64,000 nt of DNA from Opitutales bacterium (GTDB taxonomy: Bacteria > Verrucomicrobiota > Verrucomicrobiia > Opitutales > UBA953), in assembly GCA_040398005.1 (NCBI GenBank), contig JBBAUX010000001.1, positions 258,847 through 322,846 on the forward strand. The letters are read 5' to 3'. The translations under genes were made by a program, and so were the position numbers. Of this stretch, positions 19,172 to 28,325 are shown one piece after another. Each line of letters begins with the position of its first letter. The first letter of the stretch is position 1. Under the pieces are notes generated by a model. The model did no database searches, was not told the DNA's origin, and saw only the letters and a program-made list of their open reading frames with translations.

Positions 19172-20404
19172 TTAAACTACGCAGGCCGTAAGGCGGAATT
19201 TACCCGAATCTTCTGGGGTAATGAGCGAAACAAAGGATGTATTTACCGAACTACCCAGCAGTTTCTCGAGCCTTGTTGTCACCGTGGTGGCCACTTCGTT
19301 GTCGGGTGAATCAGGATTCTCAGGCAACAGAAGCACTTCGGCTTTACCGTCGCTGGATTGCCGGACTTGGTAATGACAAATATTTTTAATATCACTAAAA
19401 ACTTCATCCACCTGGCGGGTGCTCATCAGATTATTTTTACTATCCCTCAACGCATCACGCTTTCTTCCGTGAATACGGTATCCCTGGGCGGTCGCTTCGG
19501 CTAAATCGCCAATCTCATAACGAATTAAGGGTAGGTAAGGATTAGTGCGCGTCGTCACCAAAAGTTCTCCTATCCCTTGAGCATTAGCGTCGACGAGTTC
19601 GAGGTGGGCCGTTTCGGGACTGGGCACAAGTTCATCGCTACCATTTTGGATGAGTAGGTGTCCGGTTTCGCTCGATCCGTATAAATTAATCACGGGAACG
19701 CCGAACACGCGTTCCATAATGCGACGATGAATCACGCTCGTGTATTCATAGCTGGAAATAATAAAACGCAGGGAAGGAAACTGAATTTTATTTCGTTCAC
19801 AATAGAGGGCGAACCACATTCCGTGGACGGGATCGACATCAAGAAAATCGGGCTCCCACTGCCTGGTTTCACTCGCCATGATTTCGATTTTATCTTCGGG
19901 AATACTGAAAGGGATGCGCGATTGGTTGACGTAGAGTGTCTGACCGATGATGCGTTGTTCGAAATTTAACCAGCGTGCGAAACAACTCACGCCGCTACAG
20001 CCAGGCGTCGTTAAAACCGCGCGCTTCAAAGTGCCTTTCTCGCGGATGAGTTGTTTGATTAAATCATTGTGTTGAAAGGCTTTGGCTTCTTGTTCGGCCC
20101 ACCATGCGATTCCGAAGATGACACGTACGCTAGCGCCTGACGTTCCTGAGGTACTTTCTTCTTCAATGATACCTTGGTCAGCCAGATCTTTTAAATTAAA
20201 ACGCTCGGGGAGTAAATCCTGCGGGGAGTGCTGACGCAGCTCCGCTTTAGTTAATCGAGGTAACGCAGTCCAATGTTCGGGATTTTTACCGATCGCCTCT
20301 TTCCAGTCGCTGCGAGCGTAGAAGGGCACATAACGTGTTTGCGCGATTACCGCGTCAATCGCCTTGGATTGATTAAGTCGTAAATGCGTGCTCGGCGAAA
20401 TCAT
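19172..20404 (-). CDS. Phenylacetate-CoA ligase (PaaK)-like ANL adenylating enzyme
   Basis: STSGTSG P-loop, NLYGSSETG, PLIRYEIGD, GRKRD, SGKFR. Confidence 0.8.
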   Translation of the reverse strand: MISPSTHLRLNQSKAIDAVIAQTRYVPFYARSDWKEAIGKNPEHWTALPRLTKAELRQHSPQDLLPERFNLKDLADQGIIEEESTSGTSGASVRVIFGIAWWAEQEAKAFQHNDLIKQLIREKGTLKRAVLTTPGCSGVSCFARWLNFEQRIIGQTLYVNQSRIPFSIPEDKIEIMASETRQWEPDFLDVDPVHGMWFALYCERNKIQFPSLRFIISSYEYTSVIHRRIMERVFGVPVINLYGSSETGHLLIQNGSDELVPSPETAHLELVDANAQGIGELLVTTRTNPYLPLIRYEIGDLAEATAQGYRIHGRKRDALRDSKNNLMSTRQVDEVFSDIKNICHYQVRQSSDGKAEVLLLPENPDSPDNEVATTVTTRLEKLLGSSVNTSFVSLITPEDSGKFRLTACVV

Positions 20405-20524
20405 GCTTCTCTCTTGAGTGCTAATCTAAAAGACCACTTTTCGCAAGCAGTGGTAAGTAAATCATCAATTTAGTGACTTTCTGTTGTAGTAAGCATCAAT
20501 CGGTGTATGCTGTAGGATACTTTT

Positions 20525-21103
20525 ATGTTAAATCGGTCCGATCATGCTACTTTGCCTAACCTCATTCTTGCGGGAATGATGGGCACGGGGAAGTCTGCGT
20601 TAGGTCGCCAGCTAGCCCATCGTTGGCAAAGATCGTTTATTGATACCGACGATCTCGTTGAGAAATTAGGCGGGGCGAGTATCGGCGATATTTTTGCTCA
20701 ACAGGGTGAAGAACATTTCCGTGCTTTAGAACGCAAGGTGATTGAAGAACTCATTCCAATATCGGGTGCTATCATCGCCTGTGGTGGGGGATTGGTTGTT
20801 CCGGATGGCATGGCCGAACTCGTCAAAACGAAAGGGGTGGTCATCACCCTTTTTGCTTCTGTAGATACCATCATCCGTCGCACCGCCAACACTTCGCGCC
20901 GTCCACTTTTAAAAGGTGATGATCCCGAAGTTAAGATTCGCGAACTGATGAAAAAGCGTGAAAAAGCTTACATGAGTGCGGGCATTGCCGTTTATACCGA
21001 CGGTCGCACGGTCCAGCAACTATGCCTTAATATTGAACGCGTTTATGAGCGTGAAGTGTTTCGTATTAAGCAAGACGCTGCCCGGAAATTAAAAGAGGAT
21101 TAA
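20525..21103 (+). CDS. aroK: Shikimate kinase
   Basis: GMMGTGKS, DTD, GEEHFRALE, CGGG, RPLL. Confidence 0.93.
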   Translation: MLNRSDHATLPNLILAGMMGTGKSALGRQLAHRWQRSFIDTDDLVEKLGGASIGDIFAQQGEEHFRALERKVIEELIPISGAIIACGGGLVVPDGMAELVKTKGVVITLFASVDTIIRRTANTSRRPLLKGDDPEVKIRELMKKREKAYMSAGIAVYTDGRTVQQLCLNIERVYEREVFRIKQDAARKLKED

Positions 21104-21758
21104 CCCACGGCTGTCCGTCGGGCTTTATTTCTTTTTGAACTTTTATCACCTCGAGAAATAAACTGCGTTCAACGCGCGCTGCCCCGAGACTCGCCAAATG
21201 AGGGGTGGGCACTTGGCAGTCGATCAACGAAAAATTACAGCTGATCAGTCGATGCATGAGGGTGACGAAGCCAACCTTAGAGGCGTCGGTCTTATGATGA
21301 AACATGGATTCGCCGTGGAAAACTCTTCCCAGTGCCATGCCGTAGAGTCCGCCGACTAATTCGTCTTCCCAGTAAACTTCCACGCTGTGTGCATAGCCCA
21401 TTTGATGGAGCTTAACGTAAGCCTCGATCATTTCCTCGCTAATCCAGGTGCCATCTTGGCCTGGACGATAAGCCGCCGCGCACTCACGCATCACTCGTTC
21501 GAAGTCTTGATCAATCGTCACCCTCCATTCTTTCTTCCGCATTACTTTTTTTAAACTATCGGTCACGCGAAGTTCGGAAGGTATTAACACGAACCGGGGG
21601 TCAGGGCACCACCACTTGACGGGCTGACCTTCATTGAACCACGGAAAAATTCCGTGATTATAGGCACAGAGAATTAACTCGGGATCTAACGAACCACCGA
21701 TATGGATCGCCGATGTTCCCGAGGCAGTTGCTGGATTAGCAAAGGGCCACTTAAGCAT
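21066..21758 (-). CDS. aat: Leucyl/phenylalanyl-tRNA--protein transferase
   Basis: AYNHGIFPW, WWCPDPR, GTWI, AHSVEV, LVGGLYG, GESMFH, DASKV, IDCQ. Confidence 0.95.
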   Translation of the reverse strand: MLKWPFANPATASGTSAIHIGGSLDPELILCAYNHGIFPWFNEGQPVKWWCPDPRFVLIPSELRVTDSLKKVMRKKEWRVTIDQDFERVMRECAAAYRPGQDGTWISEEMIEAYVKLHQMGYAHSVEVYWEDELVGGLYGMALGRVFHGESMFHHKTDASKVGFVTLMHRLISCNFSLIDCQVPTPHLASLGAARVERSLFLEVIKVQKEIKPDGQPWVNPLLISGQRLA

Positions 21759-21793
21759 TCCGTCAGACTAGTGACGGGAGCTTTTTTGGCAAG

Positions 21794-22129
21794 TTACCCC
21801 TTAGTGATATTGTAGACCGAAGGAATCGAGATACCGAGCTCAACCGCAATTTCCTTAACATCTAAGCCCTTTTTACGTAAGTTCTTAGCTTTAACACGGG
21901 TCGATTCGTTGATAACAGCACGGGCACGGTTGGAGCGAGAAAGTAACTTGACCAAGCGGCGAGTGAGTTCGTTTTTGGACAGCGCAGCTACTTCTTTCTC
22001 GATACTCTTCGAGCGATCAGAAAATTCTTCATCCCAAGCTTGGTGTGCCGCGTTGCGTGCGCTCTCAAGTACTACACGAACAAACTGCTCTTTGGAGTTA
22101 AAGTCAGAAGGATTGAGGTCTATTTTCAT
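21794..22129 (-). CDS. Small basic protein with C-terminal helix-turn-helix
   Basis: LRKKGLDVKEIAVELGISIPSVYNI is HTH-like; AT-rich upstream region. Confidence 0.75.
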   Translation of the reverse strand: MKIDLNPSDFNSKEQFVRVVLESARNAAHQAWDEEFSDRSKSIEKEVAALSKNELTRRLVKLLSRSNRARAVINESTRVKAKNLRKKGLDVKEIAVELGISIPSVYNITKG

Positions 22130-22190
22130 TTTGTTATAATTTTAACAAGTTATTATAATTTAAGGGATGTCAAACTTGGGTTTATGAAAA

Positions 22191-22207
22191 GTATTCCTTA
22201 GGAATAC
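22191..22207. promoter_or_regulatory. Perfect 7-3-7 inverted repeat, candidate operator
   Basis: GTATTCC-TTA-GGAATAC in the AT-rich spacer upstream of the HTH gene. Confidence 0.4.
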
Positions 22208-22290
22208 ATCCTATAGTATAAAACTAGTTAGTGATAATACAAGCAATCGCCCGCAATGTTCCATTAATTTACTCTAATTGAGGGGTAAAA

Positions 22291-23271
22291 CTACTTTTTA
22301 CTCCATTCAAGCATACGTTGAAGGGGGATTTCTGCCGCTGCTCGAATTTTTTCATCTAAAATAATTTCAGGTTTTCCGCTGATTAGGCAGTCACGAACCT
22401 TCTCCAAGGTATTCATTTTCATGAAGCGACAGTCATTGCACGAACAACGATCCGTCGGTGCAGCGATAAAAGTCTTATGGGGAACTTCTCGGCGTAGTCG
22501 GTGAATCATACCAGATTCCGTAGTAATGATCAGGGTATCGGCTGTTTGTTTTTTGCACCAATCCACCATGAGCTCGGTCGAACAAACCATATCAGCAATA
22601 TCACGCACCGCTTCGGTGCATTCAGGATGCGCCACGACCGGTGCATTGGGATGCTCGGCTTTGGCACGAAGTAAGGCAGCGGGTGTAAACTGAACGTGTG
22701 CGTAGCAATTGCCTGGCCATAATTGCATCGCGCGACCGGTTTTACTAGAGACCCAGCTTCCTAAATTTTGATCGGGTACAAAAAGAATCGGACGGTCCGC
22801 TGGAACTTGTTCTACAATTTTACTCGCGTTACCACTCGTCACAATTACATCGCTCAGAGCTTTAACGGCCGCACTGCAATTAATGTAAGCGACGACATAA
22901 AGATTAGGTTGTGCTGCTTTGACCGCTGCTAATTTTTCGGCCGAACACGAATCTGCTAAGGAACAGCCCGCATCCATGTCGGGTAATAAAACGCGTCGCG
23001 TTGGATTCACGATTTTGGCCGTTTCGGCCATAAAATGCACTCCGCAGAAGACGATCGTCGAATTTTTCGCGGCCGCTGCTTTGTAGGCTAAACCCAACGA
23101 GTCCCCCACATAATCAGCGACGACTTGAATGTCTTCGCACTGATAATTATGGGCGAGGATGATGGCGTCTTTTTCTTTTTTTAATTTTAAGACTTCGCGT
23201 TGTAATTCTGTTTGGATGTTTCCGCCTTGTGGGAGTGGGGGAAAAACGCTGCCGGTGGGAAAGGATTTCAT
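22291..23271 (-). CDS. nadA: Quinolinate synthase
   Basis: ILAHNYQ, GDSL, FCGVHFMAETAK, AGCSLAD, YINCSA, PDQNLG, HPEC, CRFMKMNTL; start overlaps the Fur-like gene stop (ATGA). Confidence 0.96.
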   Translation of the reverse strand: MKSFPTGSVFPPLPQGGNIQTELQREVLKLKKEKDAIILAHNYQCEDIQVVADYVGDSLGLAYKAAAAKNSTIVFCGVHFMAETAKIVNPTRRVLLPDMDAGCSLADSCSAEKLAAVKAAQPNLYVVAYINCSAAVKALSDVIVTSGNASKIVEQVPADRPILFVPDQNLGSWVSSKTGRAMQLWPGNCYAHVQFTPAALLRAKAEHPNAPVVAHPECTEAVRDIADMVCSTELMVDWCKKQTADTLIITTESGMIHRLRREVPHKTFIAAPTDRCSCNDCRFMKMNTLEKVRDCLISGKPEIILDEKIRAAAEIPLQRMLEWSKK

Positions 23272-23741
23272 GAGCGAGAAGATTTTCTTTTTTGGCAAGA
23301 TTCGCAGAGTGCGTTCACTTGGAGTTTTTGGGAAATAGGTTTCATGCCATGCTTCGCCGCCACCGCTTTACCATACCACTCCATAAAGGGTGCTTCGACT
23401 TCTAAAATCGTCTCGCAGCTTTCGCAGATTAATTGTGCACGAAAATTGGCACCGCCGGTTTCGGTTAAATAATATTTGTGATCGCGGCCGACATCGACTT
23501 CGCGAATGACGTTGCTTCCGATGAGTAAGGGAAGGGCGCGGTAAATCGTCGCTCGCGAAACGGTCCGATCAATCGAGCGTGCTTTTTTTAATAATTCCTC
23601 GGCGGTGTAGTGACCCGTTAGGCTTCTCGCCGCATCAAAAACGGCCATTCTCTGGCGGGTCCCACGCAAGCCCTTATCGGCAATGTAAGCCCGGAAGGCG
23701 TTAGATTGCTCGACGGAATCGCTGGTGGGGGACTTAGGCAT
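23268..23741 (-). CDS. Fur family transcriptional regulator (atypical)
   Basis: GLRGTRQR, HYTAEEL, VSRATIYRALPLL winged helix, two CxxC motifs (CESC, CESC). Confidence 0.85.
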   Translation of the reverse strand: MPKSPTSDSVEQSNAFRAYIADKGLRGTRQRMAVFDAARSLTGHYTAEELLKKARSIDRTVSRATIYRALPLLIGSNVIREVDVGRDHKYYLTETGGANFRAQLICESCETILEVEAPFMEWYGKAVAAKHGMKPISQKLQVNALCESCQKRKSSRS

Positions 23742-23858
23742 GCTGACTTGAGACACTTTTGATACTAAAAGCCGATTCGTCAACATGGGACGATTCATTG
23801 ACATAAGGCTTGAGGTATCGTTGATTTAACCCCTTTTTCATTAAGAAAGAACATTCCT

Positions 23859-24929
23859 ATGTTCCACAATACGGACGATTTACGCATTCGCAGCCGCCTC
23901 CCTTTGCTGCCCCCCGCAACCTTATTACAGGAATTGCGCCCGACGGAACATGCCACCGAGGTGGTAGCCAGCGCCCGCAAAGATATCTCCTCGATTTTAT
24001 CGGGTAAGGATGACCGCCTTGTTGTCATCGTCGGACCTTGCTCCGTGCACGACCCCAAGGCCGCTATGCAGTATGCGGAGCTTTTACTGAAAGAGTCCAA
24101 CAAGTATAGCCAAGAACTCTTAATCGTGATGCGTGTTTATTTCGAAAAACCACGTACCACCGTCGGCTGGAAGGGTTTAATCAATGACCCCGAAATCGAC
24201 GGTTCATTCAAAATCAACGACGGCCTTCGTTTAGCTCGCAGAGTTTTATCCGATATCGCCAACCTCGGCCTGTCTTCAGCGAGCGAATTTCTCGATCCCA
24301 TCACTCCTCAGTACTTAGCTGACTTAGTTGCCTACGGTGCCATCGGCGCTCGCACTACCGAAAGTCAAATCCACCGTGAACTGGCCTCAGGTCTCTCCAT
24401 GCCGGTTGGATTTAAAAACGGAACCGATGGTTCTATCCAGGTCGCCGTCGACGCTTGTTTGTCTGCTCGTTCGTCTCACTGGTTCCCCTCCGTCACCAAA
24501 GAGGGTGCTGTCGCTATTTTTGAAACTTCAGGAAACCCCGATGCCCATTTGATTTTACGCGGTGGCTCACGTACGGGTCCGAACTACGGTTCCGAATTTG
24601 TGACCGATGCGGAAACACGTTTACAGAAGGCTGGAATCACTACACGCATCGTCATTGATTGCTCCCATGGTAACAGCTCAAAGGATCACCGTCGCCAATC
24701 GGTCGTCGCTGCCGATATCGCTGAACAGGTTTCACGTGGTAGTAAAATTATTGGTGGAGTGATGATTGAAAGTCACCTCGTCGAAGGTCGCCAAGATTGG
24801 AAAGGTCGCGACGCTTCTGCTTACGGCTGCAGTATTACCGATGCTTGTATTTCTTTTGAGCAAACCTTGCCCATCCTCGAACAACTTTCAAATGCCGTTC
24901 GACATCGCCGCGCTTTAGTTAAAGTCTAA
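23859..24929 (+). CDS. aroG: 3-deoxy-7-phosphoheptulonate (DAHP) synthase, class I-alpha
   Basis: GPCSVHD, MRVYFEKPRTTVGWKG, AIGARTTESQIHRE, GFKNGT, DCSHGNS, SITDAC; isozyme identity (aroF/G/H) not resolvable. Confidence 0.92.
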   Translation: MFHNTDDLRIRSRLPLLPPATLLQELRPTEHATEVVASARKDISSILSGKDDRLVVIVGPCSVHDPKAAMQYAELLLKESNKYSQELLIVMRVYFEKPRTTVGWKGLINDPEIDGSFKINDGLRLARRVLSDIANLGLSSASEFLDPITPQYLADLVAYGAIGARTTESQIHRELASGLSMPVGFKNGTDGSIQVAVDACLSARSSHWFPSVTKEGAVAIFETSGNPDAHLILRGGSRTGPNYGSEFVTDAETRLQKAGITTRIVIDCSHGNSSKDHRRQSVVAADIAEQVSRGSKIIGGVMIESHLVEGRQDWKGRDASAYGCSITDACISFEQTLPILEQLSNAVRHRRALVKV

Positions 24930-24944
24930 TTTCTCGTCACCACC

Positions 24945-25427
24945 ATGAACAACGTCCTAAAATTACTCCTCGAGGGAGAACCTCTCGACACGGCACAAAT
25001 CGGAAAGATTTTGAATCTCGGTCAAGCAGCCGTGGAGTCGCAGTTGGCTGAGTTGCGCAAGCAGGGCGTCCTTCTCGGATGGCGCGCTGTCCTCAATCCT
25101 AGTTTCGAAGCGGAACGTCGCGTGCGTGCCGTGATTGAAATTAAAATCCAAACTCAAGGTACCGGTGGATTCGATGGAATCGCCGAACGCATTAGCCAAT
25201 TTGAACAAGTGGAAAGCTGTTACCTCATGTCGGGTGGCTACGATTTACTCGTCGTGGTGACGGCGGATAATCTCTACAAAGTGGCCGGATTTGTGCATGA
25301 ACGCCTCGCTCGAATCGACGGCGTGCAGGGCACCTCAACGCACTTCTTCTTACGTGCTTATAAAAAAGATGGCTTCGTTATTACGGATAGCGGCGCCCAT
25401 CGCGATCAACCCTCCGTCAGTCCCTAA
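24945..25427 (+). CDS. Lrp/AsnC family transcriptional regulator
   Basis: N-terminal HTH; GGFDGIAERI..FEQVESCYLMSGGYDL, TSTHF..YK. Confidence 0.9.
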   Translation: MNNVLKLLLEGEPLDTAQIGKILNLGQAAVESQLAELRKQGVLLGWRAVLNPSFEAERRVRAVIEIKIQTQGTGGFDGIAERISQFEQVESCYLMSGGYDLLVVVTADNLYKVAGFVHERLARIDGVQGTSTHFFLRAYKKDGFVITDSGAHRDQPSVSP

Positions 25428-25437
25428 TCTTTAACCT

Positions 25438-26616
25438 ATGGATGAATCTGGTCGATTCGTGGCGCGCCATGTAGCGTCACTTCCCAAATCCGGTATCCGA
25501 GATTTCTTCGCGATTGTGTCTAAAATGAAAGACGCCGTCTCACTCGGTATTGGTGAACCAGATTTCATTACGCCTTTTCACGTCCGTGAAGCGGCCATGG
25601 CTGCGTTAGAAAAAGGTCGCACCTCTTACACAGATAATCGCGGCACTCTTCAGTTGCGTGAAGAGATTTCACGTTACGTCGAAAAATACTACGGCCCAAC
25701 CTATAATCCTGAAAGTGAAATCTTGGTTACGGTCGGCGTTTCCGAAGCTCTCGATATTATGCTTCGCGCCACCCTCAATCCAGGCGACAAAGTGCTCTAT
25801 CACGAACCTTGCTACGTTTCCTATGCGCCGAGCGTTACGCTTTGTCACGCTACCCCGATTCCGATTAAAACTACAGCGAAAGATCAATTCGCTCTCGATC
25901 CAGCTGCTCTACGGGCTGCTTGGGAACCTGGTTGCAAAATTTTAATTCTGAATTTTCCAACGAATCCCACCGGCGGAACTGCTGACCGTAAGAAGCTGGA
26001 AGAGATTGCGAAATTCGCGATTGAGAAAGATCTGCTCGTGGCGTCCGACGAAATTTATTCGGAACTCACTTTCGAAGGCGATCACGTCTCCATCGCTTCG
26101 TTGCCGGGTATGCGCGAACGCACCGTCTTTTTACATGGATTCTCCAAAGCTTTTGCGATGACTGGTTTTCGTATCGGTTACGCTTGTGGCCCTGCTTCGG
26201 TCATCGATGGCATGCTCAAAGTGCATCAATACAGCATCATGTGCGCTCCGATCATCAGCCAAGAAGCTGCCGTCGAAGCTTTGCGTAATGGCCGCGACTC
26301 CATGTTGCACATGCGTGAAAAATATCGTGAACGTCGTGACTTCATTGTCCGTCGCTTTAATGAATTAGGCTTAAAATGCCACTTACCACGCGGCGCTTTC
26401 TACGCTTTTCCTGACATCACCAGCACGGGATTAGATTCGATGACCTTTGCCTCCAAACTTCTGGAAGCACAAAAGGTGGCGATGGTGCCAGGAACGGCTT
26501 TCGGCGAAGCAGGCGCAGGTTTCTGTCGTGCCTCCTTCTCGACGAGTTATGAGCGTATTCACGAAGCGAGCGAACGGATTGCACGCTTCTTGGATACCTT
26601 GCCTAGTCGAAAGTAA
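25438..26616 (+). CDS. Class I/II PLP-dependent aminotransferase
   Basis: SGIRDFF, SLGIGEPDF, NFPTNPTG, SDEIY, GFSKAFAMTGFRIG; paired with the Lrp regulator. Confidence 0.92.
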   Translation: MDESGRFVARHVASLPKSGIRDFFAIVSKMKDAVSLGIGEPDFITPFHVREAAMAALEKGRTSYTDNRGTLQLREEISRYVEKYYGPTYNPESEILVTVGVSEALDIMLRATLNPGDKVLYHEPCYVSYAPSVTLCHATPIPIKTTAKDQFALDPAALRAAWEPGCKILILNFPTNPTGGTADRKKLEEIAKFAIEKDLLVASDEIYSELTFEGDHVSIASLPGMRERTVFLHGFSKAFAMTGFRIGYACGPASVIDGMLKVHQYSIMCAPIISQEAAVEALRNGRDSMLHMREKYRERRDFIVRRFNELGLKCHLPRGAFYAFPDITSTGLDSMTFASKLLEAQKVAMVPGTAFGEAGAGFCRASFSTSYERIHEASERIARFLDTLPSRK

Positions 26617-26661
26617 GCATCCTCGCTTGCTAACGGCTCGTAACACTTCGATTGTACAACG

Positions 26662-28311
26662 ATGGAACGGAATACAGAATTATCTCGAGCAGTTGCGATT
26701 GTGGGCCGTCCCAACGTCGGTAAAAGTCGTCTGTTTAACGCGCTCGTTGGTCGACGTATTTCTATCGTGCATGACCAACCTGGAGTGACGCGCGATTTAA
26801 TCACCACTGAAATTTCGGAAGGTCGCTACACTTTGATGGATACGGGTGGTATTGGTTTATATAAAGCTAACCTCACACCTAAAGTCATCGCGGAGGCCGT
26901 GGAGGAGCAGGTCGATTTCGCCCTCGCGGCTGCGAGTTTAGTTTTATTAGTCGTCGATATTACGGAAGGTTGCGCGCCGCTGGATATCGAAGTCGCTGCC
27001 AAATTACGTCAGGCCGGTAAAAATGTCATCATCATTGCGAACAAGGCAGACACTCCCGAACGCGAAGTAAACATCGATGATTTTTATACTCTGGGCTTTG
27101 GTGATCCTCTTTTAATTTCGGCCGAACATGGTCGCGGTATTCCTCAATTAAGAACTCTGATTCTTAAAAAGATTGGACCAGCGCCAGTTACGCCCAGCAC
27201 GGAAACTTCTCACCCTATTCGTTTAGCTTTAGCCGGTCGCCCCAACGTGGGTAAGAGTTCCATGGGCAATCGTCTCATGGGCAGCGCGCGTCTAATCGTG
27301 AGCGAGATTGCTGGTACCACGCGCGATCCCGTGCGTTCACGTTTGATGCGTGTTAAATCCGATGGATCCAAAACGGAATTTGCCTTGGTTGATACGGCCG
27401 GACGCCGCACCGCCAACAAACGCGATACTTTAGATTTCTTTTCGCAAGTTCGTTCCGATGAAATTTTAGCGGACACCGATGTTGTATTTTTAGTATTAGA
27501 TGCCCAACAGGGTGTCACGCGCATCGATAAACAGCTGGCGGGTGAACTGGCTTTGATTGGCTGTGGTATCGTGGTCGTGGTTAATAAATGGGATTTAGCG
27601 AAGGCCGCTTTCCGGGCCGATGCGATCAGTGGGTATGATGACGAAGAAGAGTTTCGTTCCAAATTCCGCACTGCTGTTCGTCGGGAACTTTTCTTTTTAC
27701 CGGATTCACCTATTTTATTCGTATCGGCCAAAACGGGTCTCCGTGCAGAAGATCTTTTAGATGCTGCCGAAGGCGTATTTATTCGGGCGGGGGCAACAAT
27801 CCCTACGGGTAAGATTAATCGTATCATTCAAGATCTCATGATCAAACGCCCACCACGCATGGTGTCGGGTCGTCGTTTCAAATGTTATTATGTGACGCAA
27901 GTTTCCAAACGTCCGATTCGTTTTAGATTATTCTGTAATTCGGAAGAGAGATTAGAAGAAGCTTATCAGCGTTATCTCGTTAAGGGCGTGCATGAGAATT
28001 TCGATTTATCAGGTGTTCCTGTCTTCCTTGATGTGGTGGGCAAACCTAAGCAGGAAGGTCGTAAGTATTTCGCACCACCAGGTGCCCGTCCTGATTCCGC
28101 TTCTGGCTCCAGCGAATCCACTCCGCGACATATTGAGAAGCCCAGTGCGTTAAGTTCTGGCCCTCGCTTAGGTAAGGCGAAGTCGGGCAGCAAGCCACGC
28201 ACGGGTAAGCCCGGCAGTAAGCCTGGCAGCAAGTCGGGCAAGAAAGCTTTTACGCGTTGGGATAAGCCTCGTTCGCTTAAAGGTCGTGCTGCTCGCCAAG
28301 CACGAAAATAA
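26662..28311 (+). CDS. der: Ribosome biogenesis GTPase Der/EngA with long basic C-terminal tail
   Basis: Two GRPNVGKS G1 motifs, DTGG and DTAG, NKAD and NKWD, KH-like domain, KPGS-rich tail. Confidence 0.95.
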   Translation: MERNTELSRAVAIVGRPNVGKSRLFNALVGRRISIVHDQPGVTRDLITTEISEGRYTLMDTGGIGLYKANLTPKVIAEAVEEQVDFALAAASLVLLVVDITEGCAPLDIEVAAKLRQAGKNVIIIANKADTPEREVNIDDFYTLGFGDPLLISAEHGRGIPQLRTLILKKIGPAPVTPSTETSHPIRLALAGRPNVGKSSMGNRLMGSARLIVSEIAGTTRDPVRSRLMRVKSDGSKTEFALVDTAGRRTANKRDTLDFFSQVRSDEILADTDVVFLVLDAQQGVTRIDKQLAGELALIGCGIVVVVNKWDLAKAAFRADAISGYDDEEEFRSKFRTAVRRELFFLPDSPILFVSAKTGLRAEDLLDAAEGVFIRAGATIPTGKINRIIQDLMIKRPPRMVSGRRFKCYYVTQVSKRPIRFRLFCNSEERLEEAYQRYLVKGVHENFDLSGVPVFLDVVGKPKQEGRKYFAPPGARPDSASGSSESTPRHIEKPSALSSGPRLGKAKSGSKPRTGKPGSKPGSKSGKKAFTRWDKPRSLKGRAARQARK

Positions 28312-28325
28312 AACTTTAATTAACC

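Noticed and set aside
20416..20424. GAGTGCTAA, the right half of a CIRCE element
   Set aside because: The left arm TTAGCACTC is absent, and the neighbours are not heat-shock genes.
21066..21103. Convergent gene overlaps (aroK/aat; also at 33194, 34958, 38854 and 48849)
   Set aside because: These are an ordinary sign of a compact genome, with no evidence of frameshift or pseudogenisation.
27210..27827. 205-aa antisense ORF within der (likewise 9709-10224, 5921-6388, 43454-43915, 56231-56674 and other overlapping ORFs)
   Set aside because: These are shadow ORFs on or opposite well-conserved genes, with no recognisable motifs.
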